Shown here one piece after another: positions 1 to 10,146 of a DNA stretch of 64,000 bases. Made by a program: the position numbers and the translations under genes. Within the stretch, counting starts at the first letter, position 1. Each line of letters begins with the position of its first letter. Below the pieces are notes generated by a model. That model was not told the DNA's origin and did not search any database. It saw nothing but the letters and a program-made list of their open reading frames with translations. The DNA is from Caecitellus pseudoparvulus (Eukaryota; Protista; Bigyra: Bicosoecida): NCBI GenBank assembly GCA_965644315.1, contig CBFFRQ010000094.1, forward strand, positions 1 through 64,000. Direction: 5' to 3'.

Positions 1-3000
1 GGTGCCCGAGAACGGCACGCTGCTGGGCCGGTACGTCACCTCAGGCACATCGCCATCGTCACGTGCCGGCAGCTCGTGCGCCTTGTACTGTGCCGCATGC
101 TCGCTGGTGCCCGAGAACGGCACGCTGCTGGGCCGGTACGTCACCTCAGGCACATCGCCATCGTCACGTGCCGGCAGCTCGTGCGCCTTGTACTGTGCCG
201 CATGCTCGCTGGTGCCCGAGAACGGCACGCTGCTGGGCCGGTACGTCACCTCAGGCACATCGCCATCGTCACGTGCCGGCAGCTCGTGCGCCTTGTACTG
301 TGCCGCATGCTCGCTGGTGCCCGAGAACGGCACGCTGCTGGGCCGGTACGTCACCTCAGGCACATCGCCATCGTCACGTGCCGGCAGCTCGTGCGCCTTG
401 TACTGTGCCGCATGCTCGCTGGTGCCCGAGAACGGCACGCTGCTGGGCCGGTACGTCACCTCAGGCACATCGCCATCGTCACGTGCCGGCAGCTCGTGCG
501 CCTTGTACTGTGCCGCATGCTCACTGGTGCCCGAGAACGGCACGCTGCTGGGCCGGTACGTCACCTCAGGCACATCGCCATCGTCACGTGCCGGCAGCTC
601 GTGCGCCTTGTACTGTGCCGCATGCTCGCTGGTGCCCGAGAACGGCACGCTGCTGGGCCGGTACGTCACCTCAGGCACATCGCCATCGTCACGTGCCGGC
701 AGCTCGTGCGCCTTGTACTGTGCCGCATGCTCGCTGGTGCCCGAGAACGGCACGCTGCTGGGCCGGTACGTCACCTCAGGCACATCGCCATCGTCACGTG
801 CCGGCAGCTCGTGCGCCTTGTACTGTGCCGCATGCTCGCTGGTGCCCGAGAACGGCACGCTGCTGGGCCGGTACGTCACCTCAGGCACATCGCCATCGTC
901 ACGTGCCGGCAGCTCGTGCGCCTTGTACTGTGCCGCATGCTCACTGGTGCCCGAGAACGGCACGCTGCTGGGCCGGTACGTCACCTCAGGCACATCGCCA
1001 TCGTCACGTGCCGGCAGCTCGTGCGCCTTGTACTGTGCCGCATGCTCGCTGGTGCCCGAGAACGGCACGCTGCTGGGCCGGTACGTCACCTCAGGCACAT
1101 CGCCATCGTCACGTGCCGGCAGCTCGTGCGCCTTGTACTGTGCCGCATGCTCGCTGGTGCCCGAGAACGGCACGCTGCTGGGCCGGTACGTCACCTCAGG
1201 CACATCGCCATCGTCACGTGCCGGCAGCTCGTGCGCCTTGTACTGTGCCGCATGCTCGCTGGTGCCCGAGAACGGCACGCTGCTGGGCCGGTACGTCACC
1301 TCAGGCACATCGCCATCGTCACGTGCCGGCAGCTCGTGCGCCTTGTACTGTGCCGCATGCTCGCTGGTGCCCGAGAACGGCACGCTGCTGGGCCGGTACG
1401 TCACCTCAGGCACATCGCCATCGTCACGTGCCGGCAGCTCGTGCGCCTTGTACTGTGCCGCATGCTCGCTGGTGCCCGAGAACGGCACGCTGCTGGGCCG
1501 GTACGTCACCTCAGGCACATCGCCATCGTCACGTGCCGGCAGCTCGTGCGCCTTGTACTGTGCCGCATGCTCGCTGGTGCCCGAGAACGGCACGCTGCTG
1601 GGCCGGTACGTCACCTCAGGCACATCGCCATCGTCACGTGCCGGCAGCTCGTGCGCCTTGTACTGTGCCGCATGCTCGCTGGTGCCCGAGAACGGCACGC
1701 TGCTGGGCCGGTACGTCACCTCAGGCACATCGCCATCGTCACGTGCCGGCAGCTCGTGCGCCTTGTACTGTGCCGCATGCTCGCTGGTGCCCGAGAACGG
1801 CACGCTGCTGGGCCGGTACGTCACCTCAGGCACATCGCCATCGTCACGTGCCGGCAGCTCGTGCGCCTTGTACTGTGCCGCATGCTCACTGGTGCCCGAG
1901 AACGGCACGCTGCTGGGCCGGTACGTCACCTCAGGCACATCGCCATCGTCACGTGCCGGCAGCTCGTGCGCCTTGTACTGTGCCGCATGCTCACTGGTGC
2001 CCGAGAACGGCACGCTGCTGGGCCGGTACGTCACCTCAGGCACATCGCCATCGTCACGTGCCGGCAGCTCGTGCGCCTTGTACTGTGCCGCATGCTCACT
2101 GGTGCCCGAGAACGGCACGCTGCTGGGCCGGTACGTCACCTCAGGCACATCGCCATCGTCACGTGCCGGCAGCTCGTGCGCCTTGTACTGTGCCGCATGC
2201 TCGCTGGTGCCCGAGAACGGCACGCTGCTGGGCCGGTACGTCACCTCAGGCACATCGCCATCGTCACGTGCCGGCAGCTCGTGCGCCTTGTACTGTGCCG
2301 CATGCTCGCTGGTGCCCGAGAACGGCACGCTGCTGGGCCGGTACGTCACCTCAGGCACATCGCCATCGTCACGTGCCGGCAGCTCGTGCGCCTTGTACTG
2401 TGCCGCATGCTCGCTGGTGCCCGAGAACGGCACGCTGCTGGGCCGGTACGTCACCTCAGGCACATCGCCATCGTCACGTGCCGGCAGCTCGTGCGCCTTG
2501 TACTGTGCCGCATGCTCGCTGGTGCCCGAGAACGGCACGCTGCTGGGCCGGTACGTCACCTCAGGCACATCGCCATCGTCACGTGCCGGCAGCTCGTGCG
2601 CCTTGTACTGTGCCGCATGCTCGCTGGTGCCCGAGAACGGCACGCTGCTGGGCCGGTACGTCACCTCAGGCACATCGCCATCGTCACGTGCCGGCAGCTC
2701 GTGCGCCTTGTACTGTGCCGCATGCTCGCTGGTGCCCGAGAACGGCACGCTGCTGGGCCGGTACGTCACCTCAGGCACATCGCCATCGTCACGTGCCGGC
2801 AGCTCGTGCGCCTTGTACTGTGCCGCATGCTCGCTGGTGCCCGAGAACGGCACGCTGCTGGGCCGGTACGTCACCTCAGGCACATCGCCATCGTCACGTG
2901 CCGGCAGCTCGTGCGCCTTGTACTGTGCCGCATGCTCACTGGTGCCCGAGAACGGCACGCTGCTGGGCCGGTACGTCACCTCAGGCACATCGCCATCGTC

Positions 3001-6000
3001 ACGTGCCGGCAGCTCGTGCGCCTTGTACTGTGCCGCATGCTCGCTGGTGCCCGAGAACGGCACGCTGCTGGGCCGGTACGTCACCTCAGGCACATCGCCA
3101 TCGTCACGTGCCGGCAGCTCGTGCGCCTTGTACTGTGCCGCATGCTCGCTGGTGCCCGAGAACGGCACGCTGCTGGGCCGGTACGTCACCTCAGGCACAT
3201 CGCCATCGTCACGTGCCGGCAGCTCGTGCGCCTTGTACTGTGCCGCATGCTCGCTGGTGCCCGAGAACGGCACGCTGCTGGGCCGGTACGTCACCTCAGG
3301 CACATCGCCATCGTCACGTGCCGGCAGCTCGTGCGCCTTGTACTGTGCCGCATGCTCGCTGGTGCCCGAGAACGGCACGCTGCTGGGCCGGTACGTCACC
3401 TCAGGCACATCGCCATCGTCACGTGCCGGCAGCTCGTGCGCCTTGTACTGTGCCGCATGCTCGCTGGTGCCCGAGAACGGCACGCTGCTGGGCCGGTACG
3501 TCACCTCAGGCACATCGCCATCGTCACGTGCCGGCAGCTCGTGCGCCTTGTACTGTGCCGCATGCTCGCTGGTGCCCGAGAACGGCACGCTGCTGGGCCG
3601 GTACGTCACCTCAGGCACATCGCCATCGTCACGTGCCGGCAGCTCGTGCGCCTTGTACTGTGCCGCATGCTCGCTGGTGCCCGAGAACGGCACGCTGCTG
3701 GGCCGGTACGTCACCTCAGGCACATCGCCATCGTCACGTGCCGGCAGCTCGTGCGCCTTGTACTGTGCCGCATGCTCACTGGTGCCCGAGAACGGCACGC
3801 TGCTGGGCCGGTACGTCACCTCAGGCACATCGCCATCGTCACGTGCCGGCAGCTCGTGCGCCTTGTACTGTGCCGCATGCTCGCTGGTGCCCGAGAACGG
3901 CACGCTGCTGGGCCGGTACGTCACCTCAGGCACATCGCCATCGTCACGTGCCGGCAGCTCGTGCGCCTTGTACTGTGCCGCATGCTCGCTGGTGCCCGAG
4001 AACGGCACGCTGCTGGGCCGGTACGTCACCTCAGGCACATCGCCATCGTCACGTGCCGGCAGCTCGTGCGCCTTGTACTGTGCCGCATGCTCGCTGGTGC
4101 CCGAGAACGGCACGCTGCTGGGCCGGTACGTCACCTCAGGCACATCGCCATCGTCACGTGCCGGCAGCTCGTGCGCCTTGTACTGTGCCGCATGCTCGCT
4201 GGTGCCCGAGAACGGCACGCTGCTGGGCCGGTACGTCACCTCAGGCACATCGCCATCGTCACGTGCCGGCAGCTCGTGCGCCTTGTACTGTGCCGCATGC
4301 TCGCTGGTGCCCGAGAACGGCACGCTGCTGGGCCGGTACGTCACCTCAGGCACATCGCCATCGTCACGTGCCGGCAGCTCGTGCGCCTTGTACTGTGCCG
4401 CATGCTCGCTGGTGCCCGAGAACGGCACGCTGCTGGGCCGGTACGTCACCTCAGGCACATCGCCATCGTCACGTGCCGGCAGCTCGTGCGCCTTGTACTG
4501 TGCCGCATGCTCGCTGGTGCCCGAGAACGGCACGCTGCTGGGCCGGTACGTCACCTCAGGCACATCGCCATCGTCACGTGCCGGCAGCTCGTGCGCCTTG
4601 TACTGTGCCGCATGCTCACTGGTGCCCGAGAACGGCACGCTGCTGGGCCGGTACGTCACCTCAGGCACATCGCCATCGTCACGTGCCGGCAGCTCGTGCG
4701 CCTTGTACTGTGCCGCATGCTCGCTGGTGCCCGAGAACGGCACGCTGCTGGGCCGGTACGTCACCTCAGGCACATCGCCATCGTCACGTGCCGGCAGCTC
4801 GTGCGCCTTGTACTGTGCCGCATGCTCGCTGGTGCCCGAGAACGGCACGCTGCTGGGCCGGTACGTCACCTCAGGCACATCGCCATCGTCACGTGCCGGC
4901 AGCTCGTGCGCCTTGTACTGTGCCGCATGCTCGCTGGTGCCCGAGAACGGCACGCTGCTGGGCCGGTACGTCACCTCAGGCACATCGCCATCGTCACGTG
5001 CCGGCAGCTCGTGCGCCTTGTACTGTGCCGCATGCTCGCTGGTGCCCGAGAACGGCACGCTGCTGGGCCGGTACGTCACCTCAGGCACATCGCCATCGTC
5101 ACGTGCCGGCAGCTCGTGCGCCTTGTACTGTGCCGCATGCTCGCTGGTGCCCGAGAACGGCACGCTGCTGGGCCGGTACGTCACCTCAGGCACATCGCCA
5201 TCGTCACGTGCCGGCAGCTCGTGCGCCTTGTACTGTGCCGCATGCTCGCTGGTGCCCGAGAACGGCACGCTGCTGGGCCGGTACGTCACCTCAGGCACAT
5301 CGCCATCGTCACGTGCCGGCAGCTCGTGCGCCTTGTACTGTGCCGCATGCTCGCTGGTGCCCGAGAACGGCACGCTGCTGGGCCGGTACGTCACCTCAGG
5401 CACATCGCCATCGTCACGTGCCGGCAGCTCGTGCGCCTTGTACTGTGCCGCATGCTCACTGGTGCCCGAGAACGGCACGCTGCTGGGCCGGTACGTCACC
5501 TCAGGCACATCGCCATCGTCACGTGCCGGCAGCTCGTGCGCCTTGTACTGTGCCGCATGCTCGCTGGTGCCCGAGAACGGCACGCTGCTGGGCCGGTACG
5601 TCACCTCAGGCACATCGCCATCGTCACGTGCCGGCAGCTCGTGCGCCTTGTACTGTGCCGCATGCTCGCTGGTGCCCGAGAACGGCACGCTGCTGGGCCG
5701 GTACGTCACCTCAGGCACATCGCCATCGTCACGTGCCGGCAGCTCGTGCGCCTTGTACTGTGCCGCATGCTCGCTGGTGCCCGAGAACGGCACGCTGCTG
5801 GGCCGGTACGTCACCTCAGGCACATCGCCATCGTCACGTGCCGGCAGCTCGTGCGCCTTGTACTGTGCCGCATGCTCGCTGGTGCCCGAGAACGGCACGC
5901 TGCTGGGCCGGTACGTCACCTCAGGCACATCGCCATCGTCACGTGCCGGCAGCTCGTGCGCCTTGTACTGTGCCGCATGCTCGCTGGTGCCCGAGAACGG

Positions 6001-6102
6001 CACGCTGCTGGGCCGGTACGTCACCTCAGGCACATCGCCATCGTCACGTGCCGGCAGCTCGTGCGCCTTGTACTGTGCCGCATGCTCGCTGGTGCCCGAG
6101 AA
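1..6102. repeat. Tandem array of a 105-bp unit, 58 full copies visible, continuing past the left edge; coding (35 aa per unit on the minus strand)
   Basis: Unit ggtgcccgag...catgctcgct repeats every 105 bp from 1 to 6090, with a partial copy to 6102. The only variant seen is G>A at unit position 103, in units 5, 9, 18, 19, 20, 28, 36, 44 and 52. Confidence 0.99.
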
Positions 6103-7236
6103 TGGAGCGGAAGGTCGAAGCTGAGATTTGTTTGAGTGTGGCATTCGGCTTCGTGGCAGCTCATGTCTGATGTAGTCATTTTGTGAAGTAGTTTTGCCCT
6201 TGAATGGAAGTGGCTTTGGTCGCGTGATAGGGCTCGGAACAATCGCTTGCCTTTCGGGCAATGTATGCCTGATGAAGTCCGCCTTGGTTGTTGTGGTGCC
6301 TTCTAGCTTTAAGTGCGAAGGCACCCAGGCTTTGTGCTCGACTGGGGTTCGAGCAAGCTCGACGTACTTCCGCGTGTACTCAGCTGTGTGCTCCGAGACT
6401 CCCTGAAATGGCTGACTGGCCCTGGAAGGGGCCGATGGGAGTTGAGTTTGTTGATCTTGTGTTGGCAGCTCGTGTCGCACGAATGCAGCAGCAGAAGTGG
6501 ACGTAGCTTCGAACTTCAATGCCGGGCGTGGCTTCACTTCCGCTTGTCTGACAGCCGCGTCCCCTGACCGGCTAGGGATTGCATGCTTCGTGAATGCAGC
6601 ACGGCTCTCGGTGATGCCGTCAAGTTTTGGTCGAGACGATGCACGTGTGGAGGACGGGACAGGAGGGGGCATAGCACGCTGCAAATCCACCCACTTCTTG
6701 TAGTACTCAGACCTGTACTCGGTGTCAGTTTGGAGGGGAGGGCGGGGCTTGCCTGAGCCTGCTCCGGTTGACACACTGCCCTTTACTGCACTGCCTGGGT
6801 CTGAGGGCAGTGCATGCTTCACAAACGCTGCCTGTGAAGTGGTAACCCCTTCGAACTTGGGGCGGCTTGGTAGGGAGCCGCGTTCAGAGTCTCGCTGGCC
6901 ATGCGAGGAGCTTGCACGTCCCTGTAGAGCGCCGTGCCCAAGGGATTTTCTGGATTCCAGGGGCCAGGGCACGTACTCTCGCTTGTACTCTGTTCGATAG
7001 GAAGGCCTGCGCCTGGCCGTGGACGGAGAGACGCGCCCAACAGAGCTAGACCTGCTGGAAACCCCAGATGGCGCAGGTGCAAGAGGTGCTGGTTGCGGTC
7101 TAAGGCGAGGGGTGGGGGTCTTGCTCCTTGTCTGAGAAGTCAGTGGGGCCGTCGGCGGAGCTGCACGGGCCACCGCCTGTTCGAAGGTCATGACACGTTT
7201 GGGAGCTGGTTCGTGCAGCGGATAGTGCGACGCCAT
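1..7236 (-). CDS. Giant SAXO/FAM154/MAP6(STOP)-like Mn-motif microtubule-stabilising protein, >2412 aa, 3' end outside the window
   Basis: Hand translation from ATG 7236 (MASHYPLHEP...) is open to base 1. The unique part has 8 diverged motifs (RTEYKREYVPW, KFEGVTTSQAAFVKH, TDTEYRSEYYKK, KLDGITESRAAFTKH, KFEATSTSAAAFVRH, PFQGVSEHTAEYTRK, KLEGTTTTKADFIRH, PFKGKTTSQNDYIRH), followed by (SEHAAQYKAHELPARDDGDVPEVTYRPSSVPFSGT)58. This fits the F-x-G-x-T/S-x-x-x-x-x-F/Y Mn-motif pattern, and the only SNP is synonymous (AGC/AGT). Confidence 0.9.
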   Translation of the reverse strand, partial: MASHYPLHEPAPKRVMTFEQAVARAAPPTAPLTSQTRSKTPTPRLRPQPAPLAPAPSGVSSRSSSVGRVSPSTARRRPSYRTEYKREYVPWPLESRKSLGHGALQGRASSSHGQRDSERGSLPSRPKFEGVTTSQAAFVKHALPSDPGSAVKGSVSTGAGSGKPRPPLQTDTEYRSEYYKKWVDLQRAMPPPVPSSTRASSRPKLDGITESRAAFTKHAIPSRSGDAAVRQAEVKPRPALKFEATSTSAAAFVRHELPTQDQQTQLPSAPSRASQPFQGVSEHTAEYTRKYVELARTPVEHKAWVPSHLKLEGTTTTKADFIRHTLPERQAIVPSPITRPKPLPFKGKTTSQNDYIRHELPRSRMPHSNKSQLRPSAPFSGTSEHAAQYKAHELPARDDGDVPEVTYRPSSVPFSGTSEHAAQYKAHELPARDDGDVPEVTYRPSSVPFSGTSEHAAQYKAHELPARDDGDVPEVTYRPSSVPFSGTSEHAAQYKAHELPARDDGDVPEVTYRPSSVPFSGTSEHAAQYKAHELPARDDGDVPEVTYRPSSVPFSGTSEHAAQYKAHELPARDDGDVPEVTYRPSSVPFSGTSEHAAQYKAHELPARDDGDVPEVTYRPSSVPFSGTSEHAAQYKAHELPARDDGDVPEVTYRPSSVPFSGTSEHAAQYKAHELPARDDGDVPEVTYRPSSVPFSGTSEHAAQYKAHELPARDDGDVPEVTYRPSSVPFSGTSEHAAQYKAHELPARDDGDVPEVTYRPSSVPFSGTSEHAAQYKAHELPARDDGDVPEVTYRPSSVPFSGTSEHAAQYKAHELPARDDGDVPEVTYRPSSVPFSGTSEHAAQYKAHELPARDDGDVPEVTYRPSSVPFSGTSEHAAQYKAHELPARDDGDVPEVTYRPSSVPFSGTSEHAAQYKAHELPARDDGDVPEVTYRPSSVPFSGTSEHAAQYKAHELPARDDGDVPEVTYRPSSVPFSGTSEHAAQYKAHELPARDDGDVPEVTYRPSSVPFSGTSEHAAQYKAHELPARDDGDVPEVTYRPSSVPFSGTSEHAAQYKAHELPARDDGDVPEVTYRPSSVPFSGTSEHAAQYKAHELPARDDGDVPEVTYRPSSVPFSGTSEHAAQYKAHELPARDDGDVPEVTYRPSSVPFSGTSEHAAQYKAHELPARDDGDVPEVTYRPSSVPFSGTSEHAAQYKAHELPARDDGDVPEVTYRPSSVPFSGTSEHAAQYKAHELPARDDGDVPEVTYRPSSVPFSGTSEHAAQYKAHELPARDDGDVPEVTYRPSSVPFSGTSEHAAQYKAHELPARDDGDVPEVTYRPSSVPFSGTSEHAAQYKAHELPARDDGDVPEVTYRPSSVPFSGTSEHAAQYKAHELPARDDGDVPEVTYRPSSVPFSGTSEHAAQYKAHELPARDDGDVPEVTYRPSSVPFSGTSEHAAQYKAHELPARDDGDVPEVTYRPSSVPFSGTSEHAAQYKAHELPARDDGDVPEVTYRPSSVPFSGTSEHAAQYKAHELPARDDGDVPEVTYRPSSVPFSGTSEHAAQYKAHELPARDDGDVPEVTYRPSSVPFSGTSEHAAQYKAHELPARDDGDVPEVTYRPSSVPFSGTSEHAAQYKAHELPARDDGDVPEVTYRPSSVPFSGTSEHAAQYKAHELPARDDGDVPEVTYRPSSVPFSGTSEHAAQYKAHELPARDDGDVPEVTYRPSSVPFSGTSEHAAQYKAHELPARDDGDVPEVTYRPSSVPFSGTSEHAAQYKAHELPARDDGDVPEVTYRPSSVPFSGTSEHAAQYKAHELPARDDGDVPEVTYRPSSVPFSGTSEHAAQYKAHELPARDDGDVPEVTYRPSSVPFSGTSEHAAQYKAHELPARDDGDVPEVTYRPSSVPFSGTSEHAAQYKAHELPARDDGDVPEVTYRPSSVPFSGTSEHAAQYKAHELPARDDGDVPEVTYRPSSVPFSGTSEHAAQYKAHELPARDDGDVPEVTYRPSSVPFSGTSEHAAQYKAHELPARDDGDVPEVTYRPSSVPFSGTSEHAAQYKAHELPARDDGDVPEVTYRPSSVPFSGTSEHAAQYKAHELPARDDGDVPEVTYRPSSVPFSGTSEHAAQYKAHELPARDDGDVPEVTYRPSSVPFSGTSEHAAQYKAHELPARDDGDVPEVTYRPSSVPFSGTSEHAAQYKAHELPARDDGDVPEVTYRPSSVPFSGTSEHAAQYKAHELPARDDGDVPEVTYRPSSVPFSGTSEHAAQYKAHELPARDDGDVPEVTYRPSSVPFSGTSEHAAQYKAHELPARDDGDVPEVTYRPSSVPFSGTSEHAAQYKAHELPARDDGDVPEVTYRPSSVPFSGTSEHAAQYKAHELPARDDGDVPEVTYRPSSVPFSGTSEHAAQYKAHELPARDDGDVPEVTYRPSSVPFSGT

Positions 7237-7780
7237 GATGCTATTCGAGTATCTGCGAACGCAGAGCAAGGAGGAATGGTGCAGTATTTAGAGTTACAGG
7301 GTGGTGTGACATGCAGTCGCCTTTCGAGGCGTGGGACAGCCCCTGGCGACTGCCAGCTGTGCGGAGGCGACGCTGGTCCCAGTTGCTCCTACTGCACTGC
7401 CTCAGCCTGGAGTTGCACATGCTGGATCTCAGCGCTCTCAGCTCTGAGCAGAACAAAGCTACGACGTACGAGGGTAAGGACTCTGTCGAATATTGCTTGT
7501 GATTCTAGTGGACGAAGTAGGGACCAGGAGGCCTGGTTTTTCTCAGGCTTCACCTGCAGAAGGTGGTGGCAATTTCCGCAGTGCGCCGAGCAGGCTCAAG
7601 AGCCACCCGTCGACTCGTACACGAACACCACATTCAACTTCATGAAAAAATAAAGCAAACACACTGTCGTTAGCCTTGAGGGTCGTCATTGTTTTGACTC
7701 AGCGCTCCATATTTGCGCTGGAGGGGTGTGCGCAATCTGCCGATGTGGTGGGGCTTCGTCCCTCACTCTAGTTCAGCTGC

Positions 7781-8310
7781 ATGGACACATCCGCCCCTTG
7801 CACTGCCATCGTCCGGCGCACGCCAAAGGCAAGTGGTGCAGCAGACGTGCAAGCACATTTACCTGCCCAGCACAGTCCTCTGCGTGGAAAGTCTCTGCCA
7901 GAGGCGTGTTGGAGGGAGGTGTTTCGATGGCTGGAAGGCTGGGATCGAGCGCGCGGCTTCGGGCAGACGGCCAAGGTGCGCCCTGGCGATGACTTTAGGT
8001 GACAACCACTGTAGTTGCATGCATGCATTCATCTCGCAGGTAGCGGCTTCGTTTCTGGCGAGTGACGGCCTGTGGCGCGAGGCTTGCATGAACGAGTGAG
8101 TCGTTCGAGCGCCAGAACCTTACCTGAGCTGCGACGAGTGCCAAATCGATTCGCGCACCCCTTGGCAGATTCGGCACGGACCCTTGCTGTGGCCAGGGCG
8201 GCGAAGGCGCAGCAAAGCAGCTGTACACAGTGCAGTACCGCGCTCTGCGCTTCATTGCCTCGGAGGGTGCCGCGTCGGCGCAGCAGCCTACCGCACATGC
8301 TGAAGCCTGA
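7781..8310 (+). CDS. Small F-box protein, 130 aa, 3 exons (7781-7975, 8040-8095, 8169-8310)
   Basis: GT-AG introns 7976-8039 and 8096-8168 join SLPEACWREVFRWLEGWDRARGFGQTAK|VAASFLASDGLWREACMNE|FGTDP...AKQLY. This matches the F-box pattern LP..W..VF..L......LW...C...FG...K.LY. Confidence 0.7.
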
Positions 8311-10146
8311 GCTGGGTGGGCAGCTGAGCTGGTACCTCTGCGACCGCACTAGCCCCGCTCCAGTCTTGACCCACAGCATAGGCCAAGTGGCTGCCCGAGG
8401 GGCTCCACTGCACTGCCGTCACACCACCCCCCAGAGCTGTGACTTGCTTGGCTGCTCTGCGTTGACCCAGGTCCCAAATGGTCAGCGCTCCGTCCCCACC
8501 GCCAGATGCCAGTACGTTGGCCCTGCTGCTGTGCGGGTTCCACGCCAGGCAATTCACGGGGAAGCGGATGCGGGCATCCTGCTTGTACTCCCCCTGTGGC
8601 GTGCGGCTGTGGCAGTTGAAACTGGTGACCTGGGACGTCTGCACTGCTGACCCGCCAACTGCGACGGGCTGCACGAGAATGCGCCCACCGACACTGCCGA
8701 CAGCCCACCGCGACCCGGCCGGATCAACCGCCAAGCTGCGTGTCTGGTGTGGCAGGGGGGACTGATCCACATGCACAGCGGCCTCTGGCATACGTGACGC
8801 GTCAAACGTCAGAATCTGCCGTTCCGCTGTCGCCACTTGCAGGACGCTGCCGCCTGCGGCCATGGCGTATACTCGCTCTTTCAGGACGCTGCCGGGAATG
8901 CTACCTGCCGGGGTGGCCTGACGCAAGTCCCAGAAATTCAGCACACCGTCCCAGCCCCCAGTAGCCACGAGGCCGGCTTGCTGAAGCATGAGCATACACC
9001 GAATTGTGCCGGAGTGCTGTGAAGGGGGACCGAGTTGGCGTGTATCGTGCGCTTGTAGGTGCTCCGACAGAGTGGTGACTCACCCGACCCACTTCCCTTT
9101 GCTGCCCTGTACCTGTATCCATGGCGACAATGGTCTTGGCAGCACCACCGACGAGAAGCGTCGAGCCATCCTGAGCGGGGCGGAGGTGGATGTGTGCATG
9201 CCTGGGAACTGGCGCGGAGCGCAGTGAGACACGCACTGGCGTCCAAGTGGAGCACATGATCACATCTTGGTAATCAAGTGACGCGGCAAGGCTGCCCGCC
9301 GCCGCGTCAAACAAGTGAGCCTGTGAGGGGAGAAGTCCACGCTGAGCTCCAGTCAATTTCCGCATTCGTCGGCTTGCTCACCTTTCCGTCCCAGCCTCCA
9401 ACTGCAACATGGCTCTCAGCAGGATGCCAAGAAATCGTTTGAATGGTATCTGTCCCATCTGGTAACGCTATCTGTGGGTCCGAGTTCTGCCCAGACCGGT
9501 GCGACACGGCAGTCCGTTTCGCTTGCGCAACTTGTTGATCAGACGTGGACGCCGCCGCGCCAGCATGCTGCTGCTGCTGCCCAATCATGCCCATGCCGAT
9601 GCCTCCAGTCTGGCCCATGCCGATGCCTCCAGTCTGGCCCATGCCGATGCCTCCAGTCTGGCCCATGCCGATGCCTCCAGTCTGGCCCATGCCGATGCCT
9701 CCAGTCTGGCCCATGCCGATGCCTCCAGTCTGGCCCATGCCGATGCCTCCAGTCTGGCCCATGCCGATGCCTCCAGTCTGGCCCATGCCGATGCCTCCAG
9801 TCTGGCCCATGCCGATGCCTCCAGTCTGGCCCATGCCAATGCCTCCAGTCTGGCCCATGCCGATGCCGCCTGTCTGGCCCATGCCGATGCCGCCTGTCTG
9901 GCCCATGCCGATGCCGCCTGTCTGGCCCATGCCGATGCCTCCAGTCTGGCCCATGCCGATGCCGCCTGTCTGGCCCATGCCAATGCCTCCAGTCTGGCCC
10001 ATGCCGATGCCGCCTGTCTGGCCCATGCCAATGCCTCCAGTCTGGCCCATGCCGATGCCTCCAGTCTGGCCCATGCCGATGCCTCCAGTCTGGCCCATGC
10101 CGATGCCTGCTGAGGCTCCGCGTGGAGCGCCTAGCACACCGAGCAT
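8288..10146 (-). CDS. RAE1: Rae1/Gle2-like (Rae1/Bub3 family) WD40 protein with N-terminal GIGMGQTG repeats, 4 exons
   Basis: Introns 9321-9381, 9171-9236 and 9017-9083 restore the frame. Motifs DTIQTISWHP, VGGWDGK, ATGGWDG..NFWDLRQ, ERVYAM, SPLPHQTR, FNCH, FPVN, SGGGDG and AYAVGQDWS are present. It may be a divergent paralog, and the start codon is uncertain. Confidence 0.8.
9589..10107. repeat. 24-bp coding tandem repeat, 21 full copies (GIGMGQTG on the minus strand)
   Basis: Unit gccgatgcctccagtctggcccat. Variants (gccgcctgtc, gccaat) are synonymous in the Rae1-like frame. Confidence 0.97.

Noticed and set aside
1-6102. CRISPR array, telomere or non-coding satellite
   Set aside because: There are no unique spacers or cas genes, the unit is a multiple of 3, and it is in frame with an upstream coding region.
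2-6170. Three ~2000-aa plus-strand ORFs across the 105-bp array
   Set aside because: They are shadow frames of a stop-free repeat. They end right after the array and resemble nothing, whereas the minus frame continues into unique sequence containing homologous motifs.
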